Part shown: positions 28,890 through 40,146 of the stretch, in pieces
Layout: each line of letters begins with the position of its first letter
How positions within the stretch are numbered: the stretch's first letter is position 1
NCBI GenBank assembly: GCA_033813295.1
Contig: JAPXRZ010000002.1
Span: forward strand, 75,803-139,802
Direction of reading: 5' to 3'
Origin: Methanolinea sp.
GTDB taxonomy: Archaea; Halobacteriota; Methanomicrobia; Methanomicrobiales; Methanospirillaceae
DNA length: 64,000 nt
Position numbers and translations under genes: made by a program
The notes under the pieces: model-generated
The model's database searches: none
What the model was told of the DNA's origin: nothing
Seen by the model: the letters and a program-made list of their open reading frames with translations, nothing else

Positions 28890-29885
28890 TCAGATGAAAT
28901 CCTTTCTCCAGAAGATGATGATGCTTACTGCTGCTATCACCAGCGAGATGGCGAGCGTGAGGAGGAACGCATGGGGCGAGTGCTGGTAGGGGAGCTCCAC
29001 GTTCATGCCGTAGAAGCTTGCAACCAGGGTGGGGATCATCAGGATGATCGTTACCGTGGTGAGGAGCTTCATCACGACATTTAAGTTATTGGAAATGACC
29101 GAGGCGAAGGCGTCCATCATGTCCGAGAGGATGTTCGTGTAGATGTTGGCCATCTCGATAGCCTGGCGGTTCTCGATGATCATCTCCTCGTAGAGGTCCC
29201 GGTCCTCATCGGTCATGCGCATGCAGCCCGTGGTGTTGAACTTCTCCATCATCAGGGCATTGGACCGGAGCGAGGTGATGAAAAAGACGAGGCTCTTCTC
29301 CAGGTTCAGGAGCTGGATGAGTTTCTCGTTCTTGAGGGCTTTATAGAGGGATCGCTCCACGCTCGTGGTCATCCGGTTTATCTCTTTTAAATACTGGAGG
29401 AAGAGGAGGGCTGTCCGGAAGAAGAGGAGGAGAACGAACCGGGTCTGCTCCCCGGTAGAGAACTGCCGCACTTTTCCCCCCGTAAACTCCTGGATAACGT
29501 CCACCTCGGTGAGGGAGACGGTAATTATCACGTTCTGGGTGAAGACGATGCCCAGGGGGAGAGTGGAGTAAGGGAGGATGGCCCCGGGAGGCTCTTTCCG
29601 AGGGGTGCGGAGCAGGATCAGGAGGGCTCCCTCCTCCCGCTCGACCCGTGCCCGTTCGTCAACGTCCAGGGGGTCTGTAAAATAGTCTGAAGGAATATTG
29701 AACCACGAGACCAGGAGTTCAATCTCCCGGGGTGACGGGTTGACCACGTTAATCCAGGCCCCTGGCTCGTATGTGCTGACCTGCTGCAGGTCTTCCGTGG
29801 TCCCTTTATACGTGGTGATCAAGTTCTTTTCCTCCTTGCGGCATGTCAGCACGGCATGGGAATCTGTTGTATAACAGGATCCCAT
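28890..29885 (-). CDS. corA: CorA-family Mg2+/Co2+ transporter
   Basis: YGMNV motif between two C-terminal TMs. The track N-terminal extension to 30173 overlaps the next gene and is rejected. Alternative start is TTG 29822, preceded by AGGAGG. Confidence 0.9.
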   Translation of the reverse strand: MGSCYTTDSHAVLTCRKEEKNLITTYKGTTEDLQQVSTYEPGAWINVVNPSPREIELLVSWFNIPSDYFTDPLDVDERARVEREEGALLILLRTPRKEPPGAILPYSTLPLGIVFTQNVIITVSLTEVDVIQEFTGGKVRQFSTGEQTRFVLLLFFRTALLFLQYLKEINRMTTSVERSLYKALKNEKLIQLLNLEKSLVFFITSLRSNALMMEKFNTTGCMRMTDEDRDLYEEMIIENRQAIEMANIYTNILSDMMDAFASVISNNLNVVMKLLTTVTIILMIPTLVASFYGMNVELPYQHSPHAFLLTLAISLVIAAVSIIIFWRKDFI

Positions 29886-30009
29886 CCGGGTCTGGCTGGC
29901 TCCCCCGTCCGGTGCAATGCACAAAAAATGTATCCGCTTCTTCTTAGGCCTGTCCGTCAGCCTGTATAAAAGAAATATCTTTCGATCAGGTCGCCGGAAA
30001 ACGGCGCAA

Positions 30010-30837
30010 TTACTGCCGGGATGAGTTATTCGGGGAGCCACCCTGCTCGACCGCTGCCAGCTCCCCCGAGAGGTCCCCGGTGAGGTTTGTGCTGACAAAA
30101 CTTCCCGTGGTGGGGAGGACCATGGTGAACCGGGGAGTCTCATCGAGCAAAACGGTGGCATTCTCGAGGGCAAAGTCCAGGATGTGCCCGCCCGCGGTCC
30201 TGTCCGCGGTCAGGTAGTGGAGGTGGAAGCCGGGAACGTTCAGCCCCTGGGCCAGTGAAGGCGTCCAGAAACCCACCACCGTCCCGGTGGTATTGCGGAA
30301 TTCGAAGACCGACTGGTTGGCCGATGCATCGACCAGGCGGGGATAGGGCTTCTCCTGCTTCGGGATGCTCCTGGTCCTTACATAAGGGAACTCCCCCTGG
30401 ATCTTCACGGCATAGAAGAGGTTTTCCGAGGGGAGCTGGCGCGTGGCTGCCGCCCCGAACATGGTGAAGTTGCCTGCCGCAGGGATGACGATAGTGAAAT
30501 CCGGGGAGAACCAGGTGACGGTTGCAAAGGGGGTCGTCATGTCGCCGGTTACCGGATGCACCTTCCCGTCCGCCTTCACCTGGTAGTACTGCCCGTCAAG
30601 GGCCACCATCTCCCCGTCGAGTCCATCAAAGGTGGCAATGCCAAAATCCCCGTGCTTCTCCACCTCGGAAAACGGCATGACCCCGTCATAGTCCCCCTGC
30701 AGGAGGGCATTGATCGTCGATACCTGGTACATCTCATCCTGCTCCCCGCAAGCCGGTATCCCACCCAGGGCCAGCCCGAGGAACAGTCCGCATACCATGA
30801 GAGCGATGCAGAGCAGAAAAAGGCCCCCGCGCTTCAT
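30010..30837 (-). CDS. budA: alpha-acetolactate decarboxylase family protein with N-terminal signal/lipobox-like segment
   Basis: Family core is QVSTINALLQGDYDG...GIATFDGLDGEMVALDG. The N-terminus is MKRGGLFLLCIALMVCGLFLGLALGGIPAC. Confidence 0.8.
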   Translation of the reverse strand: MKRGGLFLLCIALMVCGLFLGLALGGIPACGEQDEMYQVSTINALLQGDYDGVMPFSEVEKHGDFGIATFDGLDGEMVALDGQYYQVKADGKVHPVTGDMTTPFATVTWFSPDFTIVIPAAGNFTMFGAAATRQLPSENLFYAVKIQGEFPYVRTRSIPKQEKPYPRLVDASANQSVFEFRNTTGTVVGFWTPSLAQGLNVPGFHLHYLTADRTAGGHILDFALENATVLLDETPRFTMVLPTTGSFVSTNLTGDLSGELAAVEQGGSPNNSSRQ

Positions 30838-31200
30838 CTTCGGTTTTCACCTTCCAAGATATTTGTTTACTTGTGAGACTGCATGAGCATTGCCCTGGCT
30901 AAACCCACTCCCCCTGCAAACCAAAAAATTTCTCCAAAGGCAGGGCTCATATGCAGGTCCGCTGATTCCAGCACTCATTCCATGCGTGGGTTGGGGGATG
31001 CTGCCCCTGATGCTGCCAGATGTGGCCGGAATCTTTGTGACATTTCCAGCTTTCATGGCTCACCCAACCCTTAATTGCAGCCGGCAGCAGATGTTGATCA
31101 TGCACTGGGGCAGGACCGCCTCCTCATGCAGCCTGCCGGCTAGGGGGGGGTTCCGTGTCCCCAGCGGGATCAGTTGGATGCAGCCTGTGGGAGGACCGCG

Positions 31201-32469
31201 ATGGACATTGCAGCAAATCTCTTCTACCGCTATCGCCGGTTTGTCAAGGTCCTCCGCATCTACCTCCTCCTTGCCGGCCCCGGTCTCATCGTGATGCTGG
31301 CTGACAACGATGCAGGGGGTATCACCACCTACACCGTGACCGGCGCAAAATATGGATACAACCTCATCTGGTTTCTCCTCCTCCTCCTCCCGGTTGCCTA
31401 CGTTGTCCAGGAGATGACGGTCCGTCTCGGGGCGGTGACCAAGCGGGGGCATGCAGAGGCGATTTTTGATGCATTCGGCCCGTTCTGGGGATGGTTCTCA
31501 TTCCTGGACCTGGCCCTGGTGAACTGGCTCACGCTGATAACCGAGTTCATCGGCATGACCGCGGCCATGAGCATATTCGATATTCCCCCGTTTCTTACGG
31601 TCATCGTTGTTTCCGTGGTCATGATGCTGATGGTCCTGCAGGGTAGGTACTGGACCTGGGAGAAGATTGCCATCTTCTTTGCCGTCCTCAACCTGATCTA
31701 CATCCCGGCTGCCTTCCTGGTCCACCCGTCAGTGGGAGAGGTCCTGGCACACGGGCTGGTCCCGAACCTCCCCGGAGGTTTCAATGGCACGCTCTTCTTC
31801 TTCCTCATGGCAAACATCGGAACCACCATCGCACCCTGGATGATCTTTTTCCAGCAGAGCGCCGTGGTAGATAAGGGGATGAAGGAGAAGGACATCCCCT
31901 GGGGGCAGATGGACACCCTGATCGGGTCTGCCTTCACGGTCATCGTGGCCGTCTTCCTGGTTGTCGTCACCGGGACGGTCCTCTACGGGATGAACATCGA
32001 GAGCGCCGCCCAGGCTGCACTGATGCTGCGGGAGATCGATCCCTGGCTCGGGACCCTCATTGCCATAGGGCTCTTTGACGCCGGCTTCCTCGGGGCTATC
32101 TGTATCTCGCTTGCCAGTTCCTGGGCCTTCGGCGAGGTATTCGGCTGGGCCCACTCCCTGAACCTCAGGATCCGGGAGGCCCCCTGGTTCTATGCCTGCT
32201 ACCTCCTGGCTCTCGTCACTGCCGGTGGGGTCGTTCTGATCCCCGGGGCACCCCTCATCCTGATCACGCTCTTTGTCCAGGTCATCGCCGTCACCCTCCT
32301 CCCGGCGGCGCTGGTCTTCCTCATCCTTCTCCTGAACAACGAAGAGGTAATGAGAGAATACCGCAATACTTTTCTTCAGAACGTGGCAGGGATTGCCATC
32401 GTAGGGGCGATCATCGTGCTCTCCACCCTGTATGGGATTTCGACCCTCTTTCCCGGGTTCATCGGATGA
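31201..32469 (+). CDS. NRAMP/SLC11-family transporter with a non-canonical metal-binding site
   Basis: The NRAMP fold is clear (GPGLIVMLADNDAGGITTY...GAKYGY; QEMTVRLG). TM1 reads D-A-G-G where canonical members have DPGN. TM6 reads A-P-W where canonical members have MPH. Track start is TTG 31174; ATG 31201 preferred. Confidence 0.9.
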   Translation: MDIAANLFYRYRRFVKVLRIYLLLAGPGLIVMLADNDAGGITTYTVTGAKYGYNLIWFLLLLLPVAYVVQEMTVRLGAVTKRGHAEAIFDAFGPFWGWFSFLDLALVNWLTLITEFIGMTAAMSIFDIPPFLTVIVVSVVMMLMVLQGRYWTWEKIAIFFAVLNLIYIPAAFLVHPSVGEVLAHGLVPNLPGGFNGTLFFFLMANIGTTIAPWMIFFQQSAVVDKGMKEKDIPWGQMDTLIGSAFTVIVAVFLVVVTGTVLYGMNIESAAQAALMLREIDPWLGTLIAIGLFDAGFLGAICISLASSWAFGEVFGWAHSLNLRIREAPWFYACYLLALVTAGGVVLIPGAPLILITLFVQVIAVTLLPAALVFLILLLNNEEVMREYRNTFLQNVAGIAIVGAIIVLSTLYGISTLFPGFIG

Positions 32470-32501
32470 AAAACGGAGTTACAAAAAGGACGTGACATAA
32501 C

Positions 32502-32708
32502 ATGCAGTATCCCGGCCAGGGAGTAAGGGGATGGCTCCATGCAGTCCTCCGGGGATGGTTTGCCAGGATCCACGGGATTAACCAGAAATATGCGACGCCG
32601 AGGATACACATGTCCCCGGGTGTCAGGTTCGCCCTCCTCTTTCTCCGGCTGTACCTGGTATTCCTGGTCCTGCTCCTGGCGTACAAGTTCTGGACACTGG
32701 TCCGGTAG
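32502..32708 (+). CDS. possible small membrane protein between the NRAMP and MgtE-like genes
   Basis: 68 aa with a basic N-terminus and one strong C-terminal TM (FALLFLRLYLVFLVLLLAYKFW). GC3-rich codons. No family recognised. Confidence 0.35.
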   Translation: MQYPGQGVRGWLHAVLRGWFARIHGINQKYATPRIHMSPGVRFALLFLRLYLVFLVLLLAYKFWTLVR

Positions 32709-32722
32709 GGAGCGGAAAAGCC

Positions 32723-34000
32723 ATGAACAATGATGCAGGAAAAAGGGGCGGAAAGGAGAGGAAGGTCCACTTAAGCGACCTCCTGGGCATCAGGGTATAT
32801 CTCTCCGATAAAAAGGTGGGGACGCTCACCGACCTGGTCATCATGGAGACCGGGAAACTCCCGGAGGTCACCCACATCTGTGTCACGAGGCCGTTCGGGT
32901 ACCCCGGCCTGCTGGTGCCCTGGGACCGGGTGCGGGACCTGACCTGCGAGCGGATATCATGCGATGTCGCCGACATCAGCTCCGTCGAGGCCGCACCGCC
33001 CGGCGATGCCATCCTGCTGCGGGACCACGTGCTTGACAAGAAAGTCCTGGACCTCGAGGACAACGAGGTCGAGATCGTCTATGACATCAGCCTTGTCCTC
33101 CTCAATGCAAGGCTCTACGTGACCGAGGTGGACACGAGCAGGTATGCCCGCCTCCGGAGGATGGGCCTTGGGCCGGTTGCCAACCTGGTTTTTCCCCCGG
33201 GGCACGAGGAGCGGGACCAGACCATCCCCTGGACCTACGTCCAGCCGCTGCCGTCGAACATCGGCAGTTTCCGGGGTGACATCAAGCTCCGGGTCCTGCG
33301 GGAGAAGTTGTCGAAGATCCACCCTGTGGACCTTGCCGATATCCTCGAAGAACTTGACCATGACCAGCGGGTGCTGATCTTTTCGGAGCTCGACCACGAA
33401 CAGGCTTCCGATACCCTCGAGGAGATCGAGCCCACCGTCCAGCGCGATATCGTCTCATCGCTCAACCGGGACAAGGTGGTCGCCCTCATCAACGAGATGA
33501 CCCCCGGACAGGCTGCCGACCTCCTCTCGGTCCTCCCCAGGAGCGACGTCCAGGGGATTCTGGAGGCCATGAACCCGGATAATGCCCGCAAAGTGGGGAT
33601 CATCCTGGAAAAGCAGGAAGAGAAGGTTATCCATTTCACCACCCAGAAATTCATGAAAATGGCGCCGGACCTGACCGTCGGGGAGGTGCAGAACGATTAT
33701 CCTGCCTCTGCCAGGGGAAAAGACGTGATCATGTACCTCTACGTGGTGGATGAGCGGGACGTCCTGATCGGTGTCATCGATTTAAAGGAACTCCTCCAGG
33801 CGGATGATACCGCCCGCCTCCGGGAGATCATGGTCGACCATGTCATCGCGCTCAAGCCCGGGAGCACCCTGAAGGAGGCATCAGACCTCTTTGCCCGGTA
33901 CGACTTCCGGGCGCTCCCGGTCACTGGCGAGGACGACCGGATCCTGGGAGTGATCCCCTACCGGGACGTCATGAACCTCACCCACCATTTCCTGGAATAG
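32723..34000 (+). CDS. soluble PRC-barrel + MgtE N-domain + CBS-pair protein (no transmembrane domain)
   Basis: MgtE_N region is IHPVDLADILEELDHDQRVLIF...EMTPGQAADLL. Tandem CBS follows (VVDERDVLIGVIDLKELL; PVTGEDDRILGVIPYRDV). The ORF ends right after the CBS pair. Confidence 0.85.
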   Translation: MNNDAGKRGGKERKVHLSDLLGIRVYLSDKKVGTLTDLVIMETGKLPEVTHICVTRPFGYPGLLVPWDRVRDLTCERISCDVADISSVEAAPPGDAILLRDHVLDKKVLDLEDNEVEIVYDISLVLLNARLYVTEVDTSRYARLRRMGLGPVANLVFPPGHEERDQTIPWTYVQPLPSNIGSFRGDIKLRVLREKLSKIHPVDLADILEELDHDQRVLIFSELDHEQASDTLEEIEPTVQRDIVSSLNRDKVVALINEMTPGQAADLLSVLPRSDVQGILEAMNPDNARKVGIILEKQEEKVIHFTTQKFMKMAPDLTVGEVQNDYPASARGKDVIMYLYVVDERDVLIGVIDLKELLQADDTARLREIMVDHVIALKPGSTLKEASDLFARYDFRALPVTGEDDRILGVIPYRDVMNLTHHFLE

Positions 34001-34015
34001 GAAAATTTCAGTAAA

Positions 34016-34033
34016 TTTTTGACAGGAATTTTT
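34016..34033 (+). terminator. oligo-T tracts after the MgtE-like gene
   Basis: T5 at 34016-34020 and T5 at 34029-34033, within 35 nt of the stop codon. This is the archaeal intrinsic terminator type. Confidence 0.4.
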
Positions 34034-34306
34034 ATTTCACCTGTTGTTAGCACCATTGCAGTGGAGAGGCCTGGAAGGCCAGTTAATTTCAGGGAAATTA
34101 TCAGTTGCCCCCGGGGGCCCGGGCGCCCTCGAATATCACGCTGGATCTTTCCGTTTTCTGCAAAAAACGCGATTTGTTGTATAGAGAAGCCGAGGGTATA
34201 CGCCCCAACCCCGAAATGCATATGGTTCAGGGTCACTTGACCAGGAGACCGGCACGTAAGGTCCCGGGAGCTGCCAAAGGGACCCGGGCTCCTGGTATGT
34301 GGCCGG

Positions 34307-35440
34307 TCACCTGAAGCGGCGGATGCGGGCCACGGCTTCCCCGAGCTTCTCCATAGAGGCAGCGTACGAGAGCCGCTCCCATCCCGGGGTGTTGAAGGCC
34401 GACCCGGGCGTCACCGCCACGTGGGCTTCTTCCAGCCACTGGCGGGCAAGCTCCATGTCATCGCCCTCCACCCGAATATAGGCATAGAACGCCCCGTCGG
34501 CCGGGGCCATGGCAAATCCCATGAGGCCGAGCTCCCTGACCAGGAAGTCCCTGCGCCGGTTGAACTCGATCCTCATGGCTTCAACGCAGGACTGGTCCCC
34601 TTCCAGGGCGGCGACCCCACCGAACATCACGAAGGTGGTGGGATGGCTCACCGAGTGCTGCTGCACCTTTGACATCTGACGGATGATCTCCGCAGGGGCG
34701 ACCGCATACCCCAGGCGCCACCCGGTCATGGCATATGCCTTGGAGAAGCCATTGATGGTGACGGTCCGCCCGGCCATGTCCCCGAGGGTTGCGAGGGAGA
34801 TGTGCTCCTTCCCATAGACAAGCTTTTCGTAAATCTCGTCTGAAAGGGCGAATAAATCATAGTCCTGGCACATGTCGGCCAGGAGCCGCAGCGAGTCCCG
34901 GGAGAGGACAGCCCCCGAGGGGTTGGAGGGGGAGTTGACCACCACCATCCTGGTCCGGGGGCTGACCCGCTCCAGTATCCCGTCGTCCAGCTGGAACGTC
35001 GACGGGTCCAGGGGGTGGTGCACAGGTTTTCCACCGGCAATGACAACGCAGGGCTCGTAGGAAACCCATGAAGGGTCCAGGATGATGACCTCGTCGCCAG
35101 GGTTGAGAATCGCCTCCATGGCGTCGTAGATTGCGTCCTTGGCCCCGCAGGTAGCCAGCACCTGCTCCGGGGTGCAGGGGATCCGGTTCTCCCGTGTAAT
35201 CTTCCGGGCGATGGCGTCCAGGAGCTCCGGGATGCCGTTGCTCGGCGCATAATGAGTCTCCCCCCGCTCCAGGGCAGCGATGCAGGCGTCCTTGATATGC
35301 CGGGGGGTATCGAAATCGGGCTCGCCGATGGACAGGCTTATCACCGGGATGCCCAGCCGCTCCATCTTCCTGGCCAGGTTGGAGATCTCGAGGGTCGCCG
35401 AAGGGGCGATCCCGGCGATCTTGCCGGACAGGGCCCTCAT
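34307..35440 (-). CDS. class I/II pyridoxal-phosphate aminotransferase (aspartate aminotransferase-like)
   Basis: Motifs [13 protein letters not shown] and [14 protein letters not shown] (PLP lysine). Confidence 0.9.
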   Translation of the reverse strand: MRALSGKIAGIAPSATLEISNLARKMERLGIPVISLSIGEPDFDTPRHIKDACIAALERGETHYAPSNGIPELLDAIARKITRENRIPCTPEQVLATCGAKDAIYDAMEAILNPGDEVIILDPSWVSYEPCVVIAGGKPVHHPLDPSTFQLDDGILERVSPRTRMVVVNSPSNPSGAVLSRDSLRLLADMCQDYDLFALSDEIYEKLVYGKEHISLATLGDMAGRTVTINGFSKAYAMTGWRLGYAVAPAEIIRQMSKVQQHSVSHPTTFVMFGGVAALEGDQSCVEAMRIEFNRRRDFLVRELGLMGFAMAPADGAFYAYIRVEGDDMELARQWLEEAHVAVTPGSAFNTPGWERLSYAASMEKLGEAVARIRRFR

Positions 35441-35844
35441 TGCAACCGCTGGACCATCTTGACTGCCGACTCAACCGCCCTCCGGGCGTAGTCGATCCGC
35501 TCGTTGGCCTCCAGGCGGGTCATGCCCGGGCCGGAAATGCCCAGGGATACCGGCTTCCCGAACTCGAGGGAGAGGTCGATGATCTTCCGGGCCGCGTGCT
35601 GGACCACGATCTCGTCGTGCTGGGTTGCCCCCTCGATCACGCACCCGATGGTCACCACGGCATCCACCTTGCCTTTCGAGAGCATCTTCTTTATGGCCAG
35701 GGGCATATCGTATGCCCCGGGCACGTAGATGCATTCGGTCACCTCTGCACCAAGGAAGGCGGCGTGCTCCCTCCCTTCCACCTCCATCATGTAGGTGATG
35801 TCCCGGTTGAACTCCGAGACCACGAATCCCAGTTTCACGGTCAT
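35437..35844 (-). CDS. ribH: 6,7-dimethyl-8-ribityllumazine synthase
   Basis: Motifs [27 protein letters not shown] and [16 protein letters not shown] overlap with the downstream aminotransferase. Confidence 0.9.
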   Translation of the reverse strand: MTVKLGFVVSEFNRDITYMMEVEGREHAAFLGAEVTECIYVPGAYDMPLAIKKMLSKGKVDAVVTIGCVIEGATQHDEIVVQHAARKIIDLSLEFGKPVSLGISGPGMTRLEANERIDYARRAVESAVKMVQRLQ

Positions 35845-35908
35845 TCCTGATTCCCTCTGTAGTGATCTCTCCACGGCTTAGCAGATAAACCGTCGCGTAA
35901 CCGGTCTC

Positions 35909-37500
<1,592 letters not shown>

Positions 37501-37546
37501 ACAAATCAGCACCTATTATTTTTATAATCACGGGTTATAAGTGTGG

Positions 37547-37945
37547 ATGACGAATCAGATGGTCGAGGTTGCCATTATCAGCGGTTCCACCTCGGATGCG
37601 GCGATCGTGGAGAAGGCCGCGGCGGTCCTGGAAACACACCATGTCAGCTACGATGCCGCAGTCATCTCGGCCCACCGGGAACCCGATCGCCTGGATGCCT
37701 ACATCAGGCAGAGCGATTGCAGGGTCTTCATCGCCATCGCCGGGCTCTCTGCCGCCCTCCCCGGCGTAGTCGCCTCGAAGACGGACCGGCCCGTGATCGG
37801 CGTCCCGGCAAGCGGCCCGCTCATGGGCCTCGATGCCCTCCTCTCCATCGTGCAGATGCCACGGGGGGTCCCGGTTGCCTGCGTCGGGGTGGATAACGGG
37901 GAGAACGCGGCCCTGCTGGCCATCCGTATCCTGGGCGTGAAGTGA
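37547..37945 (+). CDS. purE: AIR carboxylase / N5-CAIR mutase family protein
   Basis: Motifs [31 protein letters not shown] and PVIGVP. Start uncertain (GTG 37541, ATG 37547 or ATG 37559). Confidence 0.9.
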   Translation: MTNQMVEVAIISGSTSDAAIVEKAAAVLETHHVSYDAAVISAHREPDRLDAYIRQSDCRVFIAIAGLSAALPGVVASKTDRPVIGVPASGPLMGLDALLSIVQMPRGVPVACVGVDNGENAALLAIRILGVK

Positions 37946-38116
37946 GGGCTCCATAACCCGGCTTCCTTTTCCCAATGGTTCACGCCTCGTGCGAACGATG
38001 CTTCATCGTTTCCCGTCCGGGGAAACTACTTTATCACTCGGGGGGGATAGTCAACAATACCGGTGCCGCCCGTTTTCGAAAGCTGGGTCGTCCCCGGCAG
38101 GAGCTGGATCGCTGCC

Positions 38117-38596
38117 ATGGCCGGAGCAAAAGAGATCCCCATGCCCACCCGCTGGGCCATAGCCACCCAGGCGCTCACCCGGGTGGTCCTCGAGCTGGAC
38201 CAGAGATCAGAGAGGGCTATTCCTGATGCCGCATTTGCCGCCCTGGGAGACGAAATACGAAGTATCGCCAATCGTTACCGGATGCCGCGGGGCAATGCAT
38301 CCGACCTGGTCCAGACCCTGGGGGCCATATCGGTGGTCCTCTTCGGCCCGACCTTCGAGACCCCCTTCATCGAGGGGTTCCCGGGCGAGGGGGTCATCAG
38401 GCTGACCGAGTGCGCCATGTTCCGCACGGAGCGCGAGATGAAGCGCGACCCGGCCATGGTGAACCGGGTCTGCATGGCGTACGTGGGAAGCGCCATCCAG
38501 GCGTTGAACCCGGACTATGAGATAGTCACCTCGCGTGCCCGCTGCCGCGGGGACTCCTTCTGCGAGATGATCATCCGGGAGAAGGCAAAACACTAG
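38117..38596 (+). CDS. V4R-domain-like small-molecule-binding protein
   Basis: The C-terminal pattern RLTECAMF...RARCRGDSFCEMIIRE resembles the Cys-containing V4R signature. Start uncertain (GTG 38063 in the track). Confidence 0.55.
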   Translation: MAGAKEIPMPTRWAIATQALTRVVLELDQRSERAIPDAAFAALGDEIRSIANRYRMPRGNASDLVQTLGAISVVLFGPTFETPFIEGFPGEGVIRLTECAMFRTEREMKRDPAMVNRVCMAYVGSAIQALNPDYEIVTSRARCRGDSFCEMIIREKAKH

Positions 38597-38828
38597 ACAT
38601 GCCCGGATCCCGGTATGCCATTTCTCCTGGCAGGAAATCTCCGGGATTCGCGCACCTGCCTGCAACACCAGGGGCAGGTGGGGATCAATTTCCCCGCACA
38701 TACGAGTCATTTCCAGCACGGAGGCCCGGAACAACCCAAGAATGATGGAGCAGCAGGCTATTCCGCATACCGGTCCTTTCCTCCGAAGTATCGTGCCATG
38801 GCAACTGAACAGGAACAGTGGCCGGGGA

Positions 38829-40109
38829 TTACCCTTTCTTCTCCTTCTCCTTCTCGAAGATCTCCCGGACCATCCTGACGGCGCAGAGTTCCCCGCACAT
38901 GGAGCAGGTCTCCAGGTCCCCGTCCCTCTGGTGGATCTGCCTGGCGTGCTCTCCAAAGAGGGCTAGCCGGAACTGGCCCTCCCAGTCAAGGCGGCGGCGC
39001 GCATCTGCCATCTGATACTCCCGGGGCACTTTGTACCCCTCCCGGACCCGTGAGATGTCCCCGATGTGCGCGGTAATTTTTGCCGCCCTGGTGCCCTCCA
39101 CGATGTCATCCACCAGGGGGAGGGCCAGGTGCTCGCTCGGGGAAACCATGCAGAGGAAATCTGCCCCGTTCATGCAGGCCACGGCCCCGCCGATGGCGCC
39201 CACGAGGTGGTCGTAGCCGGGGGCGAGGTCGGTCACCAGCGGGCCGAGCAGGTAGAGGGGGGCATCGTTGGTGAGCTCCTTCATCACCCGCACGTTGTAC
39301 CCCACCTGCTCCAGGGGGATGTGCCCCGGCCCCTCGACCATCCGCTGCACCCCCGCGTCCAGGGCCTGGTTCGCCAGGCGCCCCAGGGTGAGGTACTCCA
39401 CGGTCTTGGCGTGCCGGTCGGCGTCCTGGAGACAGCCGGGACGCATCCCGTCCCCCAGGCTGGCCACCACGTCAAATTCTGCCAGGATCTCCAGGAGGTA
39501 GCCGAACTCGGCATACAGGGGGTTCTCCTCCCCGCGCTCGACCATCATGGCTACGTGGAAGACCCCGCCCCGGGAGACCACCTGCATGACCCGCGGGTCT
39601 GACCGCAGGGCCTCCAATGCGGCAAGGTTCACCCCGCAGTGGAGAGTGAGGAAGTCCACCCCGTCCCGGCAGTGCTCCCGGATCACCGAGAAGAGGAGGT
39701 CCGCGTCCACGTCCGCAGCACTGCCGGCCCTCCGCACCGCTTCGTAGACGGGGACCGTCCCGACGGGGACATCCAGGGCCAGGATCCTCTTCCGGATGGC
39801 AGGGAGGTCTCCCCCCGTGGAGAGGTCCATCAGGGTGTCGGCACCGTTTTCCAGGGCTGCCCGGGCCTTGGCCTCCTCGAGCGCCGGGTCGCAGCGCTCC
39901 CCGGAGGTGCCAACGTTCACGTTGACCTTCACCCGGCAGCCCTCGCCGATCCCGCAGAGCCGGTGGGCCCGCTTCGGGTTGGCAGGGATGACCATCCGCC
40001 CACGGGCCACCGACAGCGCTGCCTGCCGCGGGTTGAGGGCTTCCTCCCGCGCCACAGCCTGCACCTGCGGCGGGACGCCAAGGAGAGATTCCTGGATAAG
40101 GGTGGGCAT
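38829..40109 (-). CDS. thiC: phosphomethylpyrimidine synthase
   Basis: Motifs VNVNVGTS, LTLHCGV, VSRGG and a C-terminal Fe-S motif CSMCGELCAV. ATG 40109 (MPTLIQESL) preferred over 40136. Confidence 0.95.
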   Translation of the reverse strand: MPTLIQESLLGVPPQVQAVAREEALNPRQAALSVARGRMVIPANPKRAHRLCGIGEGCRVKVNVNVGTSGERCDPALEEAKARAALENGADTLMDLSTGGDLPAIRKRILALDVPVGTVPVYEAVRRAGSAADVDADLLFSVIREHCRDGVDFLTLHCGVNLAALEALRSDPRVMQVVSRGGVFHVAMMVERGEENPLYAEFGYLLEILAEFDVVASLGDGMRPGCLQDADRHAKTVEYLTLGRLANQALDAGVQRMVEGPGHIPLEQVGYNVRVMKELTNDAPLYLLGPLVTDLAPGYDHLVGAIGGAVACMNGADFLCMVSPSEHLALPLVDDIVEGTRAAKITAHIGDISRVREGYKVPREYQMADARRRLDWEGQFRLALFGEHARQIHQRDGDLETCSMCGELCAVRMVREIFEKEKEKKG

Positions 40110-40146
40110 AGCACACATAATGGGAAGTGTGAGCATATTATGTTCT

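Noticed and set aside
30838-31200. A 360-bp divergent spacer between the acetolactate-decarboxylase-like gene and the NRAMP gene. I examined it for a metal riboswitch (yybP-ykoY or M-box type) or a palindromic metalloregulator operator.
   Set aside because: I could not recognise any conserved riboswitch core or a convincing inverted repeat. Such riboswitch classes are also not established in methanogens. Left unannotated.
34034-34306. A ~270-bp convergent spacer with GC-rich palindromes (CCCCCGGGGG at 34109-34118; GGCCT-GGA-AGGCC near 34068-34080), considered as an ncRNA or dif-like site.
   Set aside because: There are only short isolated palindromes, no extended structure or known motif, and the track ORFs there are not protein-like. 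The evidence is insufficient for a call.
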